Origin: Candidatus Bathyarchaeota archaeon
GTDB lineage: Archaea; Thermoproteota; Bathyarchaeia; Bathyarchaeales; Bathycorpusculaceae
Length of the DNA stretch: 64,000 nt
Assembly (NCBI GenBank): GCA_963780185.1
Contig: CAWABA010000009.1
Location: forward strand, 1-64,000
Direction: 5' to 3'
Every line of letters starts with the position of its first letter. The first letter of the stretch is position 1. The notes beneath the pieces are model-generated. The model saw only the letters and a program-made list of their open reading frames with translations. It was not told where the DNA came from and ran no database searches. The translations under genes were made by a program, and so were the position numbers. Positions 1 to 11,381 of the stretch are shown here, one piece after another.

Positions 1-1278
1 ACGACCATTGTATGGTGCGAGGTGTAAAAATATTCAACGAAGTTTTTGTACATCGCTCCTGAGTCAGATGGCCGATGCTGTGGAGTCGGCGGCTACGAAC
101 TCGCTACGGGCGAACCCATAGTGTTCCACGCGAAGGCGTGTCCTGGCTACAGGCGGGGGCGGAGAATGTTCCAAACCACCTCCACCTCCTTCGCCGCCAC
201 CGGCGACTGCGCGCCTTGGCCTTCGACGCAGGCGTTCCGCTTGAAGACATGGAGTTTATGCAGTTCCACCCAACAGGCATCTACGGCTTAGGCATTCTGG
301 TAAGCGAGGCCGCGAGGGCTGAAGGCGGAATTCTGCGAAACGGCAAGGGCGAACGATTCATGGAACGCTATGCGCCAACTTTGAAAGATTTGGCGCCCAG
401 AGACATTATTTCGAGGGCGATCTGACCGAGATCGGCGAGGGGCGAGGCGTCAGAAGGCGGAGACTAGTGTGCTGCTGGACCTGACGCACCTGGGTGAGGA
501 GCAGTTGAGCAGAAGCTTTCCGAGGTCACCGGGTTCGTCAAGACTTACTTGGGTATTGAAGCGGATAAAACCCCGATTCCAGTTGCGCCAACATGCCACT
601 ATATGATGGGCGGCATCCCCACCGACGCGCAAGCACGAGTCCTATCAGACGGTCAAACCAAGGTTTTGCCTGGGTTATACGCCGCGGGCGAATGCGCCTG
701 CGTAAGTGTCCACGGCGCTAACCGGCTTGGGAACGAACTCGCTCGTTGACTTAGTGGTTTTTGGGCACCGGGCTGGCGAAGACATCGTCAAGTACGTAGC
801 TGAAAACCAGTTGCCGCCCCTACCGGAAAACGCGGAAGATTCGTTTCCAGCAGAAATTAAGAGCTTTCTGGCGAAAGCAGCGGAAAAGACGCGCCTGGTT
901 CGGGAAGCCATGCAGCGAACCATGACGAAGTTGTGCAACGTGTTTCGCGACGGGGCGGGCTTGAGCAGAGGCTCTATCAAAATCCGTGAGCTCCAGGCCA
1001 GAATGGCAAACATCAATCGGAGCAACAGGGAAAGACTTCAACTACGAGTTGGAGGACGCGTTCGAACTGCGGAACATGCTCAAGGTAGCCGAAACCATTG
1101 TCTTCTCCGCGCTGCAACGGCAGAGAGAGGTGAGGCGCACATTTCCGAAGCGACTACCCGAGCCGAGACGATACTGACTGGCTCAAGCACACGTTAGTTT
1201 TCCAGACAGTAGCGGCTTAGAAGCACGGTACAAACCCGTGGTCATAACTCGATTTGAACCAAAAGCGAGGAAGTATAG
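1..1278 (+). CDS. sdhA: Succinate dehydrogenase/fumarate reductase flavoprotein subunit (5' end outside window; several frameshifts)
   Basis: Fragments in different frames carry [46 protein letters not shown] and [20 protein letters not shown]. Confidence 0.9.
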
Positions 1279-1279
1279 C

Positions 1280-2006
1280 ATGTAAGTCCCATTGAAGGTT
1301 TTCCGTTTCACCCCCAAAGACGACAAGCAACCCCACTACGACATCATTCGCCGTGGAGGCAAAACCTACCGACAGGATTCTGGACCTGCCTGAACAAAGT
1401 CCGATGGGAACAAGACGGCAGCCTCGCGTATCGCATGAGCTGCGCCCATGGCATCTGTGGTTCTGACGGCATGACCATTAACGGTGTCTCGGCGCTGGCA
1501 TGTCAGAAACTCGTCAAGGACTACGAGGAAGACAAACAAATCCTCATCGAACCCCTCAGCGTCTTCCCCGTAGTCAAAGATTTGGTGGTGGACATAGAGG
1601 GGTTTTTTGCGCCGGAAAAGTCCATTCATCCCCCGAGGCAAAAACCTCACCGAGTCGGTGCAAGGCAAAGAGCACGTGCAGTCGGTAACGCGCGCCTTGG
1701 TTTGACGACGACATAAAATGCATCATGTGCGCCTGCTGCGTAGGCGCGTGTCCAGTCAGCCAAAAAGAGGATCCATCCTACGTTGGACCAGCCGCCATCG
1801 TCCGCGCCCACCGCTACATCTTCGACAGCCGCATCAGAGACCAGCTTGAACGACTCGAAATCATGGATCAGCCGCACGGCGACTGGAGCTGCAAAACGTA
1901 TTACCGATGCACAGAGGTCTGCCCCAAGGAAATTCAGGTAACCAAGCGGATTTTGGAAGTCAGGAAGAAAATTATGGATGAATTGCGGCCAAAACAGCCC
2001 TTGTAA
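1280..2006 (+). CDS. sdhB: Succinate dehydrogenase/fumarate reductase iron-sulfur subunit (frameshifted)
   Basis: SCAHGICGSDGMTING 2Fe-2S motif, CIMCACCVGACP and CKTYYRCTEVCPK motifs; follows sdhA directly. Confidence 0.88.
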
Positions 2007-2133
2007 ATGAAGCTGAGAACAGGCGCTGCTCTCTTCTGCATGGGACAGTTAAGTGGGGGTTCGGCGAAAACGTATATAATCTGCCCATGTGATTCAGCTT
2101 TTAGCCAAGGGGAAACGGATGGGTACCTCTCAA

Positions 2134-2373
2134 ATGCTTGAAAAACAAAAAACCAAAACCGTCGCCTGCATAAGATGCGGCGTATGCATGCGCAGTTGCC
2201 CACACAACCTGAGCCCAATCTTGATTAAAGAGGCTTTTGAAAAAGAGAAGTTTGAAAAACTGATGAAGCTTCGGGTGGATCTTTGTGAGGGCTGTGGAAA
2301 CTGCACTTTCGTTTGTCCGTCAAGAATTGACCTGCGGGTTTTTGTGCTGAAAGCGAAGGCATCCGTGCGTTAA
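2134..2373 (+). CDS. Small 2x[4Fe-4S] ferredoxin-like protein (resembles the RnfC C-terminal region)
   Basis: CIRCGVCMRSCP and CEGCGNCTFVCPSRIDL motifs. Confidence 0.7.
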   Translation: MLEKQKTKTVACIRCGVCMRSCPHNLSPILIKEAFEKEKFEKLMKLRVDLCEGCGNCTFVCPSRIDLRVFVLKAKASVR

Positions 2374-2497
2374 GAGCCGTCCTGCTTGGATCTGCGTTGG
2401 GCGCCTAGTTCTGCGTAAGCCTTTATAGATATCCAGAGAATATTTATATTTGGCTTCATTGTTTTACTGCAAGGAAAAACAAAGGATTAGAACAATC

Positions 2498-2962
2498 TTG
2501 ACTACTCCTCACGATGTTCCAGCTTCAAAGTTTATTGATCGTTTAGCTAAGTATCTTAGGGAAAACGTTGATGAAGTTCAGCCTCTTCCATGGGCAGCGT
2601 TCGTTAAGACAGGTACTCATGTGGAAAAGCAGCCTCAGAACCCGAATTGGTGGTACACCCGAAGTGCATCTGTGCTTCGCAAAGTGTATGTTCATGGTCC
2701 GATTGGTCTGGAGAAGTTGCGGGCTGATTACGGCGGAAGAAAGAATAACGGCGTTAAGAAATCACATGCTACTAAATCAGGCGGAAGTAACATTCGCAAG
2801 ATTCTTCAGCAGCTTGAGACTGCTGGTTTAGTTCAGACCACTAAGCCACAGGGTAGACGTGTTACTCCTAAAGGTCGCAAGCTTCTTCAAGAAGTTGCTG
2901 GGGACTTGCATAAAGAAGTAGTCAAAAGTGTGCCTGCGCTCAAGAAGTATCAAGGCGAATAG
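2498..2962 (+). CDS. rps19e: 30S ribosomal protein S19e
   Basis: FVKTGTHVE..PQNPNWWYTRSASVLRKVY..GPIG and GSNIRKILQQLE; TTG start inferred. Confidence 0.95.
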   Translation: MTTPHDVPASKFIDRLAKYLRENVDEVQPLPWAAFVKTGTHVEKQPQNPNWWYTRSASVLRKVYVHGPIGLEKLRADYGGRKNNGVKKSHATKSGGSNIRKILQQLETAGLVQTTKPQGRRVTPKGRKLLQEVAGDLHKEVVKSVPALKKYQGE

Positions 2963-2967
2963 AAGCA

Positions 2968-3294
2968 ATGTCTGATGACGAGCTTGACCAGATCCGTAAA
3001 CGAAAGCTGTCGTCGATGCAGCGCAGAGTAAATGATGATCAAAGGCAATCTCAAGAAGAACAAATAGAAGCTCAGAAGCAGGCGTTGCTTAGGAAGATAT
3101 TGGCTCCTGAGGCTCAGCAAAGGCTCAACAACCTGAAGATGGTTAAGCAGGACTTTGCAGAGCAGATTGAGATGCAGTTGATTCAGATGGCGCAGACGGG
3201 TAAGCTGCCGATTCCGTTGTCTGACGATCAGCTTAAACAGATCTTAATTCAGCTTCAATCACGGAAGCGAGAACCAACAATTAGAAGGATATGA
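2968..3294 (+). CDS. PDCD5/TFAR19-family DNA-binding protein
   Basis: [35 protein letters not shown]; conserved position between S19e and L39e. Confidence 0.9.
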   Translation: MSDDELDQIRKRKLSSMQRRVNDDQRQSQEEQIEAQKQALLRKILAPEAQQRLNNLKMVKQDFAEQIEMQLIQMAQTGKLPIPLSDDQLKQILIQLQSRKREPTIRRI

Positions 3295-3298
3295 AAGT

Positions 3299-3457
3299 AT
3301 GGCGCGAGTTAAACCTACGGCGAAAAAGCTTCGGCTAGCTAAAGCTGGCAAAATCGCATCGTCTGTTCCCACATGGGTAATTGCCCGAACTGACGGCAAA
3401 GTTAGAAATAACCCTAAACAAAGACGGAACTGGCGAACTAGAAAAATAAAGGCATAG
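3299..3457 (+). CDS. rpl39e: 50S ribosomal protein L39e (not in the ORF track)
   Basis: Manual translation [52 protein letters not shown]. Confidence 0.92.
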   Translation: MARVKPTAKKLRLAKAGKIASSVPTWVIARTDGKVRNNPKQRRNWRTRKIKA

Positions 3458-3472
3458 GAGACGTAAATAGGC

Positions 3473-3954
3473 ATGGTTAACGAAAACAAGCAAGAAACGC
3501 AGACTGTCCCAGCAGAGGAAGAGTTGCCGCCAGTCGCTGAAGAAACCGTTGAGGAACAGGTTCCTGAAGAGTTAGTGTCGGAGCCTGCGGCTGAGGTTAA
3601 GCCTGAGGAAGCTGTCGCTGAAGAAGAGGAAGCTAAACCTGAACGCAAAAAGAAGGAAGAGGAAGAAATCGTTGAAGAACGAACCTACGTTATTCCTTTG
3701 GGCAGAGCGTTGGTTAGGCCGCCGAACAAGCGTGCTTCGCGTGCGATGCAGTTGATTAAGATTTTCATCACTAAACACATGAAGTTGGAGTGCGGGTTTC
3801 TGAAGAAGAGGAAGAAGAAGAGCTGCCTCAACTCATCATAAGCCAAGAACTTAACCAGGCAATCTGGAAGCGAGGCATCGAGAAACCTCCAAGAAAAATC
3901 AAGGTCCGCGCAGCCAAAGACAAAGACGGCAACGTAACAGTCTACCTCGCATAA
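3473..3954 (+). CDS. rpl31e: 50S ribosomal protein L31e with long acidic N-terminal extension (one frameshift near 3790)
   Basis: [21 protein letters not shown]; the second frame gives [25 protein letters not shown]. Confidence 0.88.
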
Positions 3955-4274
3955 ACCCAACAAACATCCATTTTTAATTTTTTTGTTTTTTCTTAGCGAA
4001 GCTTGTTCTTCTTAGCATTTTGTGTTGGTTTTTTTGTAAACAGCTAAGCAGAAATGAGAATTTTCAGGCTTCTTATCTGGAGAAGCCTCAATCTTGCTTC
4101 CACAGTTCGAGCTGCCTACCTTATCGACCAATCCTCAGCCCAATTGGGCTAAACGTTGATGTGCTTGATCTATGAACGCCTTTTCAAGCTTGGATTGGAA
4201 CTAAATGAGAATTACAAAAAGTTATATACCTTCCTTGAGTTAACGAATAATGATTCTTTTAATAAAATCCACTC

Positions 4275-6671
4275 GTGATTCCAATGCCTCAGCCAGCAAG
4301 TAACAATTCAGAGCGTAACGATGTTGTTGCTGCAAATGAACTATCCAAAATCTACAAGCAGCGCGAGGCGGAAAATGCTCTGAGCGTGTCTGAAAAAAAG
4401 CACCGTTCCCTATTTGAAAACATGTTGAATGGCTTTGCTTTTTGCCAAATGATCTTTGATGAAAAAAACAAACCAGTGGATCTTGTTTATCTTGAAATTA
4501 ATGATGCGTTCGAACGGATAACAGGTCTAAAACGAGAAACTGTCGTCGGAAAAAGAGTTACGGAAGCGATACCTGGAATAGAACGAGCCAATCCTGAGTT
4601 GATTGAAATCTACGGTAGAGTTGCACTCACCGGCAATGAAGAGAGGTTTGAAATATTTTTTAAGCCCTTTAGTTTATGGCTATCTATTTCCGTGTACTGT
4701 CCACTGAAGGGGTATTTAGCAGTTGTATTTGAGGATATTACTGAACGTAAGAAAGTTGAGCAGGAGCTTTGGAAGGCGAAGAATGATTGGGAACGCACTT
4801 TTGAAAGTGTCCCCGACTTCATAGCTATCATTGATAACAAATATCGAATTGTTAGGGTTAATCGAGCGATGGCGCAGCAGTTAGGCGTCACGCAGGAACA
4901 AGCCATCGGACTCTTCTGCTACCAATGTGTGCACGGATTAGAAAGTGTGCCTGATTTTTGTCCACATAGCCAAACAGTGAAAGATGAAAAAAAGCACACA
5001 GCTGAAGTGCGTGAACCCCGCCTCGGAGGAGACTTTTTGGTAACAACATCCCCTCTAAAAGATGAACAAGGAAGTATTGTTGGCTCGGTACACGTGGCAA
5101 GAGACATTACTGAACTCAAGAAAGCTGAAGAAGCATTAAAGGAAAACGAGAAAAGACTAAACAGAAGCCAAGAGATAGCGCATCTTGGCAGTTGGGAACT
5201 TGATTTAGTTAAAAACCTACTTGTGTGGTCAGACGAGGTTTACCGAATTTTTGGTTTGAAGCCGCAGGAGTTTGGTGCAACTTACGAGGCTTTTCTTGAT
5301 GCTGTACATCCTGATGACCGCGAAAAAGTTGACAAAGCGTATTCTGGGTCGCTGCATGAGGGGAAGGACTCTTATGAGGTTGAGCATCGGGTACTGAGAA
5401 AGGCTACTGGAGAAGTGCGGATAGTTCGCGAGAAATGCGAGCATATCCGTGACACATCAGGAAAAATAGTTAGGTCCATTGGAATGGTGCAGGACGTGAC
5501 CGAACCGAAAAAAGCTGAGGATGAATTGGGTGAGACAAGAGGTTACTTGGAGAATCTTCTGAATTACGCCAACGCACCCATAATTGTATGGGATACAGAA
5601 TTCAAAATCACGTTATTCAACCATGCCTTCGAACGTTTGACTGGACTTAGCGCCAATGAGGTTGTTGGCAAAAGCTTAGAAATTCTCTTTCCTGACGACA
5701 AAAAGCAATCTGCTCTTAATTACATTCAGCGGACAATCGCTGGTGAATACTTGGAAACTGTAGAGATTCCGATTAAAAGCGTAAATGGAAATGTAAGCAC
5801 GTTATTGTGGAATTCAGCCAATATATATGACGAAATAGGCGCAAAGATCGTTGCGACAATCGCTCAGGGACAGGACATAACTATGCGCAAGGAAATGCAA
5901 GATAGACTTGAAGCCTATGCCAAAAATTTGGAGAAGCTTGTTGAGGAGCGGACTAAGCAGCTTAAGGATTCAGAGCGTTTGGCTACCATTGGGGCAACTG
6001 CAGGTATGGTTGGGCACGACATTCGTAATCCATTGCAGGCGATTACCAGTGACGTTTACTTGCTGAAGTCTGAATTGGATTCAATCCCTGAAGGCGAAGA
6101 AAGAAATGCCGTGGAAGAAAGTTTGGATGGTATCGAAAAAAACATTGATTACATCAACAAGATTGTGGCGGATCTACAAGACTTCGCTAAACCCCTCAAT
6201 CCAAATACCGAAATAACCGACTTAAAACTCATAATTGACAATTTGTTGAAAAAGACTGATTTGCCAGAAAATGTAAACGTAAAAGTCAAAGTCGAAGATG
6301 CAGCCAGAGTAGTTATGGCTGACTCCACTTACATAAATCGTATACTTTACAATTTAGTGAATAACGCTGTTCAAGCCATGCCAAAAGGCGGAAACCTAAC
6401 GGTAAGTGTCCATAAAGACAAGAAAAGAAATGACACAATCTTAACTGTTGAAGATACAGGTGTAGGCATTCCTGAAAAGGCGAAAGACAAATTGTTCACG
6501 CCAATGTTTACGACAAAATCTAAAGGTCAAGGATTCGGCTTAGTCGTAGTTAAGCGAATGACAGAAGCGTTAGGTGGAACAGTAACTTTTGAAAGCCAAG
6601 AGGGAAAAGGAACAACCTTCACCGTACGTTTGTCATCCCGCCAACGGGAACCAACAGCAAATCCAACCTGA
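4275..6671 (+). CDS. Multi-PAS sensor histidine kinase
   Basis: Four PAS/PAC repeats, H-box GHDIRNPL, N-box NLVNNAVQAM, G-boxes DTGVGI and GQGFGL. No response regulator adjacent. Confidence 0.92.
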   Translation: MIPMPQPASNNSERNDVVAANELSKIYKQREAENALSVSEKKHRSLFENMLNGFAFCQMIFDEKNKPVDLVYLEINDAFERITGLKRETVVGKRVTEAIPGIERANPELIEIYGRVALTGNEERFEIFFKPFSLWLSISVYCPLKGYLAVVFEDITERKKVEQELWKAKNDWERTFESVPDFIAIIDNKYRIVRVNRAMAQQLGVTQEQAIGLFCYQCVHGLESVPDFCPHSQTVKDEKKHTAEVREPRLGGDFLVTTSPLKDEQGSIVGSVHVARDITELKKAEEALKENEKRLNRSQEIAHLGSWELDLVKNLLVWSDEVYRIFGLKPQEFGATYEAFLDAVHPDDREKVDKAYSGSLHEGKDSYEVEHRVLRKATGEVRIVREKCEHIRDTSGKIVRSIGMVQDVTEPKKAEDELGETRGYLENLLNYANAPIIVWDTEFKITLFNHAFERLTGLSANEVVGKSLEILFPDDKKQSALNYIQRTIAGEYLETVEIPIKSVNGNVSTLLWNSANIYDEIGAKIVATIAQGQDITMRKEMQDRLEAYAKNLEKLVEERTKQLKDSERLATIGATAGMVGHDIRNPLQAITSDVYLLKSELDSIPEGEERNAVEESLDGIEKNIDYINKIVADLQDFAKPLNPNTEITDLKLIIDNLLKKTDLPENVNVKVKVEDAARVVMADSTYINRILYNLVNNAVQAMPKGGNLTVSVHKDKKRNDTILTVEDTGVGIPEKAKDKLFTPMFTTKSKGQGFGLVVVKRMTEALGGTVTFESQEGKGTTFTVRLSSRQREPTANPT

Positions 6672-6690
6672 AACGACTGGAAAAATCCAC

Positions 6691-9292
6691 CTATTGGGTT
6701 GTTTGGCTTCTCGGCTTTATTTTTTTGGTCACATAGCTCTGTTCCAGAAGGTATGAGTACCGTTTGATGAACCATTTCTTAACGACCTCAACCAAAAGCA
6801 AGTAGCCAGCTATCAATCCCACGAGGGCCAGATAGAACGTTGCTGGGGGTGGCGTGAACCCGAATATGGTACCGAGAGGCGTGTAGGGAAGCGAAAACGC
6901 GACTGCGATGACGGTTAAGCTGCTTATCGCCAGAAATTTGCCAGGTTTGCTTTTGTAGAACGGTGTTTTTCTGGTTCTAAGCACGAAAACCACGAAGCGC
7001 TTGTGTGGCATAGCGACTCTACGAACCATGCGGCTTGAAAATTGCGGGAACTGCCGTTTTGAACACGACCAGTAACAGAAAGAAGGTTAAGAAGTCAAAG
7101 ATGGAGCTTACGGGTCCCATAATCACCATGAATCTTCTTATGTATGAGATGTCCAGCCTCTTCGGTTTTTGAATGTACTCTTCGTCTACGTTGTCGGTTG
7201 GTATGGTGGCTTCGGAAAGGTCGTATAGGAGGTTGTTTAAGAGAATCTGGATGGCGGTCATAGGCAAGAAACTCAGGAACAAAGACGCTCCAGCGACGCT
7301 GAACATGGTGCCGAAGTTCGAGCTGACACCCATCATAATGTACTTCATGGTGTTGCCGAAGGTTTTGCGTCCTTCCAAAACTCCCTGGTCAAGCACAGTC
7401 AAGTCAGGACGTAGCAAGATTAAATCGGCGGATTCTTTTGCGACGTCGACCGCGTTCTCCACCGATATGCCGACATCCGCAGTTTTTAGGGACGGAGCAT
7501 CATTGATGCCGTCGCCCATGTACCCCACCACGTGCCCATTCAATCGTAGCGCCTTGATTACTCTGTCTTTTTGAGCCGGGTTCACACGGGCAAAAATGTT
7601 ATTGTCCTCCACAACTCGGGCTAATGCGTCATCTTGGAGCATGGCAATTTCGTTTCCAAGAACTATCCCCTTTATGTTAAAGCCCAATTGTTCGCAGACT
7701 GTTTTTGTGACCAGTTCGTTGTCGCCGGTAACTATTTTGAGTTCCACGCCGTCTCTGGCCAGCAAACGGATTGATTCTTTTGCGCTTTCTTTAGGCGGGT
7801 CAAGGAAAGAGAGGAAACCGAGAAAAACCATGTCGCCTTCGTCGTCGATTGAGTAATGCGTTTTGGTGTCGTCTACTTTCTTGTATGCGACCGCTAAAAC
7901 CCTGTATCCTTCTGCGCTGAGGTCGTTGTATCTCTGCTCAAACTTGCTTTGGCAAGCGCTTGTCATGTCAGTTATGTTTTCGTCGGTTTCGCAGTGGGTG
8001 CAGATTTTGTGGATTTCTTCAGGGGCTCCTTTGGCGATTAAGAGCCTTTGCCCCTTGAATTCAACCACTACCGAGACCCGTCTTCGGATAAAGTCAAACG
8101 GTATCTCATCGATTTTGTTAACGCCTGTCACGTCGAATTGCTTGTGCCCAACCACGGCGTCGTCCAGAGGGCTTTTTAATCCAGTTTCAAGGACGCTGTT
8201 GATGTATGCGTACATCAGTACTTTCTCGGTTTCTTTCCCCTCTAAATCCAGAGCCTGATTTAGCGTAAGCTTGTTCTCGGTAAGTGTGCCTGTTTTGTCC
8301 GTGCACAGTACGTCCATGTTGCCGAAGTTCTGAATTGCCGCTAACCGCTTCACGATAACGCCTTTTTGAGCCATCGCCACGGCGCCTTTGGACAGGTTAA
8401 TTGACATTATCATGGGCAAAAGCTCGGGCGTTAAACCCACTGCAAGAGCCACCGCGAAAAGAAGCGAATCCAAAATACTGCGCGAACCTGAGTAGAAAAC
8501 CGCGTTTACAAGAAAGACGAAGGTTACAAGGAAAAGCGTGACCTCCGTCATCAAAGCTCCGAAACGCCTAAGTCCCTTCTCGAACTCGGTTTCAGGCGCT
8601 TTACCTGTAAGCTCTTTTGCGATGCCCCCATACTGAGTCAAACTGCCCGTGTTGACTGCGACGGCGGTTCCGGTTCCGCTCACCACCGAAGTTCCCAAGA
8701 AAACGTAGTTGTTCCATCCTGTCAATTCAGAAGTCGGCTTTGGAAGTGGATCCGCATTCTTTTCTACTGGAAACGCTTCTCCTGTCAAAGCTGACTGGTT
8801 AATGTTCAGGTTTTTGGCGCTGATTAATCGGCAATCCGCGGGAACAAGGTCTCCAGCTATGAGGTACACTATGTCGCCTGGAACAACTTCAGAAAGCTTC
8901 ACGTCCTGCTTTGTGCCGTCTCTTTGAACCGTTGCCTTCGTCGTTACTCTTTCCTGAAGCGCCTCCGCAGCATTCTGAGCCTTAGATTCCTGATAAACGT
9001 CAAGAACGACGCTGAGAACGACGATAAAGACGATTATTGTTGCGTCGGTTACGTCCTTCGCCACAAACCCGGAGATTAGAGCCGCAATCAGAAGTATGAG
9101 CACAAGCGGGTTTCTAAGGTGGTAGAGAACCTCGACTAGTCCCGTCCGTTTCTGTTTCTTGGCTAGCTCGTTGGGTCCATAAGTTGCGAGGCGGCTTTGA
9201 ACCTCCTGCGTGGACAAACCAGACTGAGATGTCTTCAGCTTAGCTAAAACTTCGTCTGCAGACAAGGAAAGGAGCTCTTGGTTATCCGCCAT
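6691..9292 (-). CDS. mgtA: Mg2+-translocating P-type ATPase (frameshift near 7020)
   Basis: DKTGTLT phosphorylation site, TGE, KGAPEE, GDGINDAP, PELLP and SSNFG..QILLNNLLYD motifs of the P3B/MgtA class; the C-terminus continues in ORF 6691..7029. Confidence 0.9.
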
Positions 9293-9714
9293 CAAATCAA
9301 CCGCAAGTAGCGATAAAACAATGATTTCTGTGGAACCTTTTAAACATTAAGCGCCTGGTATTAGATGCCCATCACGTTGATGAGTGAAGTGGTTAAGGGT
9401 TCGTGATTCCTTCGAAAGGAGAAGGGAGAAGGACTTAATCATGTAGGTGAACCCTTAACCGTCTGATAATCAATCAATAAAACGCATATAAGGCTGTCTA
9501 AGAAGCAGGCATGACATGATTTGTCAAGTTGGCTTCACCATCTTGCGAAGGCTAACAAACTAAACAAGTGAATTTGGCTTCTCAAAAATATCATCTCCTC
9601 TGCTGAACCCTTAACTTGACTTTTAAGTTTAAACATTGACAAAAAATACCACAACCCCGCGTTTGTGCTTTTGTTAGATTTGCGCTGATATATGATTTTG
9701 TAGTATTTGGGATC

Positions 9715-10560
9715 TTACCTTAAAAGTCTCTCAGCATCAACCGTATAGCCGCAGTTGGTAAGTTCACGTATGAGGGCAAGCTTCCAACTGTCGCGGTCGT
9801 CTAGGGCTGTGAATTTAACGCCTTCAAAATCTATTGGAAAGGCGAAGTTTGGGCTTTCCCTATAGAATGCAAGTACCTTATCCTTCCCAAGTTTCCCTAA
9901 TAAGAAGCCAAACATCAAAGTCACGTCTTGCTTTGGGATGCGTTCGCGTTTTGTAGCTTCTTCACCCTTCGGGTAAACGTAAACATCAGGCGAAAGCAAC
10001 ACCAAAGCAAAGCCCACATCGGCGTAGTCTGCGAAGCGGTCGACGATTTTTTTGCCCTGGCTGGGTTCTTCACCCATGACTATGGCGGCGAGACCGAGTT
10101 TTCTTAGAGCTCCAGTAATGGTTTGCTTCATTATTTCATCTGTTCCAGAAACAACGATTATTCGCCGTGGTATGCCACTTGGAGTCGAAAATACCGGTTG
10201 AGCTTGTGAGGTTTGCGCCGATTTTTTCTGGGTCACAGCCACAAATTCTTCGGTGCATATGTAAACGCCTTTGACTTTGCCTTTGAGGATGTTGTCGATT
10301 AGGTATTTTTTGTCTTTAGCTGCTATGAGGCTTTCATGGTTGGGTAAATACAGTTGGTCAGCTGTTTGATAGGACCAAAAGATAACGATTTTGGCGACTT
10401 TGATTGGGTTGAGGAGACGCCCCATAAACCAGAAGGGTTCGCCGTTGGCAAATGGCTCTTGGATTTTCCCATTTAGTTCTGCGTGGGAAACATTGAAGCG
10501 AAAGCCAGACTTGTCAGGCTCACTGTACTCGATGTAGATGTGATATTTGGGCGTCTGCAC
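9715..10560 (-). CDS. Protein with C-terminal TIR-like (CAP12/predicted nucleotide-binding type) domain, catalytic Glu apparently absent
   Basis: RIIVVSGTD..LGL..GEEPSQGKKIVDRF..VGFALVLLSPD..KQDVTLMFGFLLGKLGKDKV..PIDFEGV matches the TIR-like pattern; start codon uncertain (ORF is open to 10686). Confidence 0.75.
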   Translation of the reverse strand: MQTPKYHIYIEYSEPDKSGFRFNVSHAELNGKIQEPFANGEPFWFMGRLLNPIKVAKIVIFWSYQTADQLYLPNHESLIAAKDKKYLIDNILKGKVKGVYICTEEFVAVTQKKSAQTSQAQPVFSTPSGIPRRIIVVSGTDEIMKQTITGALRKLGLAAIVMGEEPSQGKKIVDRFADYADVGFALVLLSPDVYVYPKGEEATKRERIPKQDVTLMFGFLLGKLGKDKVLAFYRESPNFAFPIDFEGVKFTALDDRDSWKLALIRELTNCGYTVDAERLLR

Positions 10561-10930
10561 GGTAATCAAGCGTAGTGTGCGTGGTTTAGACACTAAAACG
10601 TTGCCCTGTGCCTTCTGCTTGTGGCAGTCTCCACACCAGCTAGTAATCCGAGACAAACGCCAAAGCCAAAACATAGGTGCACTCAAATACAGTTGGTTGT
10701 TGTGTATAGGGAAATTTTTTGGTCACCAAAACATTTCTTCTACACGATTTATTATGGCAATGAATATGATCGAAGTGTCAAACAAAATTCGATTACCATT
10801 ATTGAAGACGATAAAAAAGTCTGAGGGCAATATCGCAAATTTACATTTTCTTGCACTCACGATAGGTTAGTGATTCTTATTTAGAAAGTCCAATAATATC
10901 ACATTTCTTTAAAAATGTAGGAGAAAAAAA

Positions 10931-11199
10931 ATGAAGTATAAAAAAAGACATGCCATTGCATGTATAATTGCAATCTTAATGCTATCTCTTGTTTTCGTTT
11001 CTGAAACAGCCGCTACAGGATCGATAAACCTAACACCGACAACGCAAGCAACAGGCGGATCAGTAACCGTCGCAGGCACAGGCTTCGGAGCATCAAAAGA
11101 CGTTGGCATAGGACTTGGAACAGAGGTACGGTAACTGGCGAAAACCACACCCCAACAGGGACCACTGTCGGACCATATAAGTCGGCAGAGCAGATATGA
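10931..11199 (+). pseudogene. Truncated secreted/surface protein
   Basis: Signal peptide, then an Ig/IPT-like start (SINLTPT..GGSVTVAGTGF); the reading frame ends soon after, next to the tRNA-fragment boundary. Confidence 0.5.
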
Positions 11200-11299
11200 A
11201 GCCGCTTTGCGCTCGCAGTTTCACCCATTATCCCATCCCATGCCTAGAACACTTGATATGATATGAGCTTCATCGCACTAAGTTAATTTTCAACAACAT

Positions 11300-11381
11300 T
11301 TAGTGGTGCCGGGAGTGGCACCCAGCCCACAAAGGCCTTAGCCAGAGCCTCTTAAGTCCTCCTCCCTATCTTAGGTGTAAA
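11300..11381 (-). repeat. Degenerate duplicate of the 3' part of tRNA-Leu(TAA), an att-like site
   Basis: ttagtggtgccggg..aaggccttagccagag..tcttaagtcctcctccctatcttaggtgtaaa matches 14816-14898 with mismatches in the T-arm and anticodon stem. Confidence 0.85.

Noticed and set aside
421-428. In-frame TGA in sdhA as selenocysteine
   Set aside because: Restoring one C gives ATC CTG ACC GAG (I-L-T-E), the expected sequence; this is an indel artefact.
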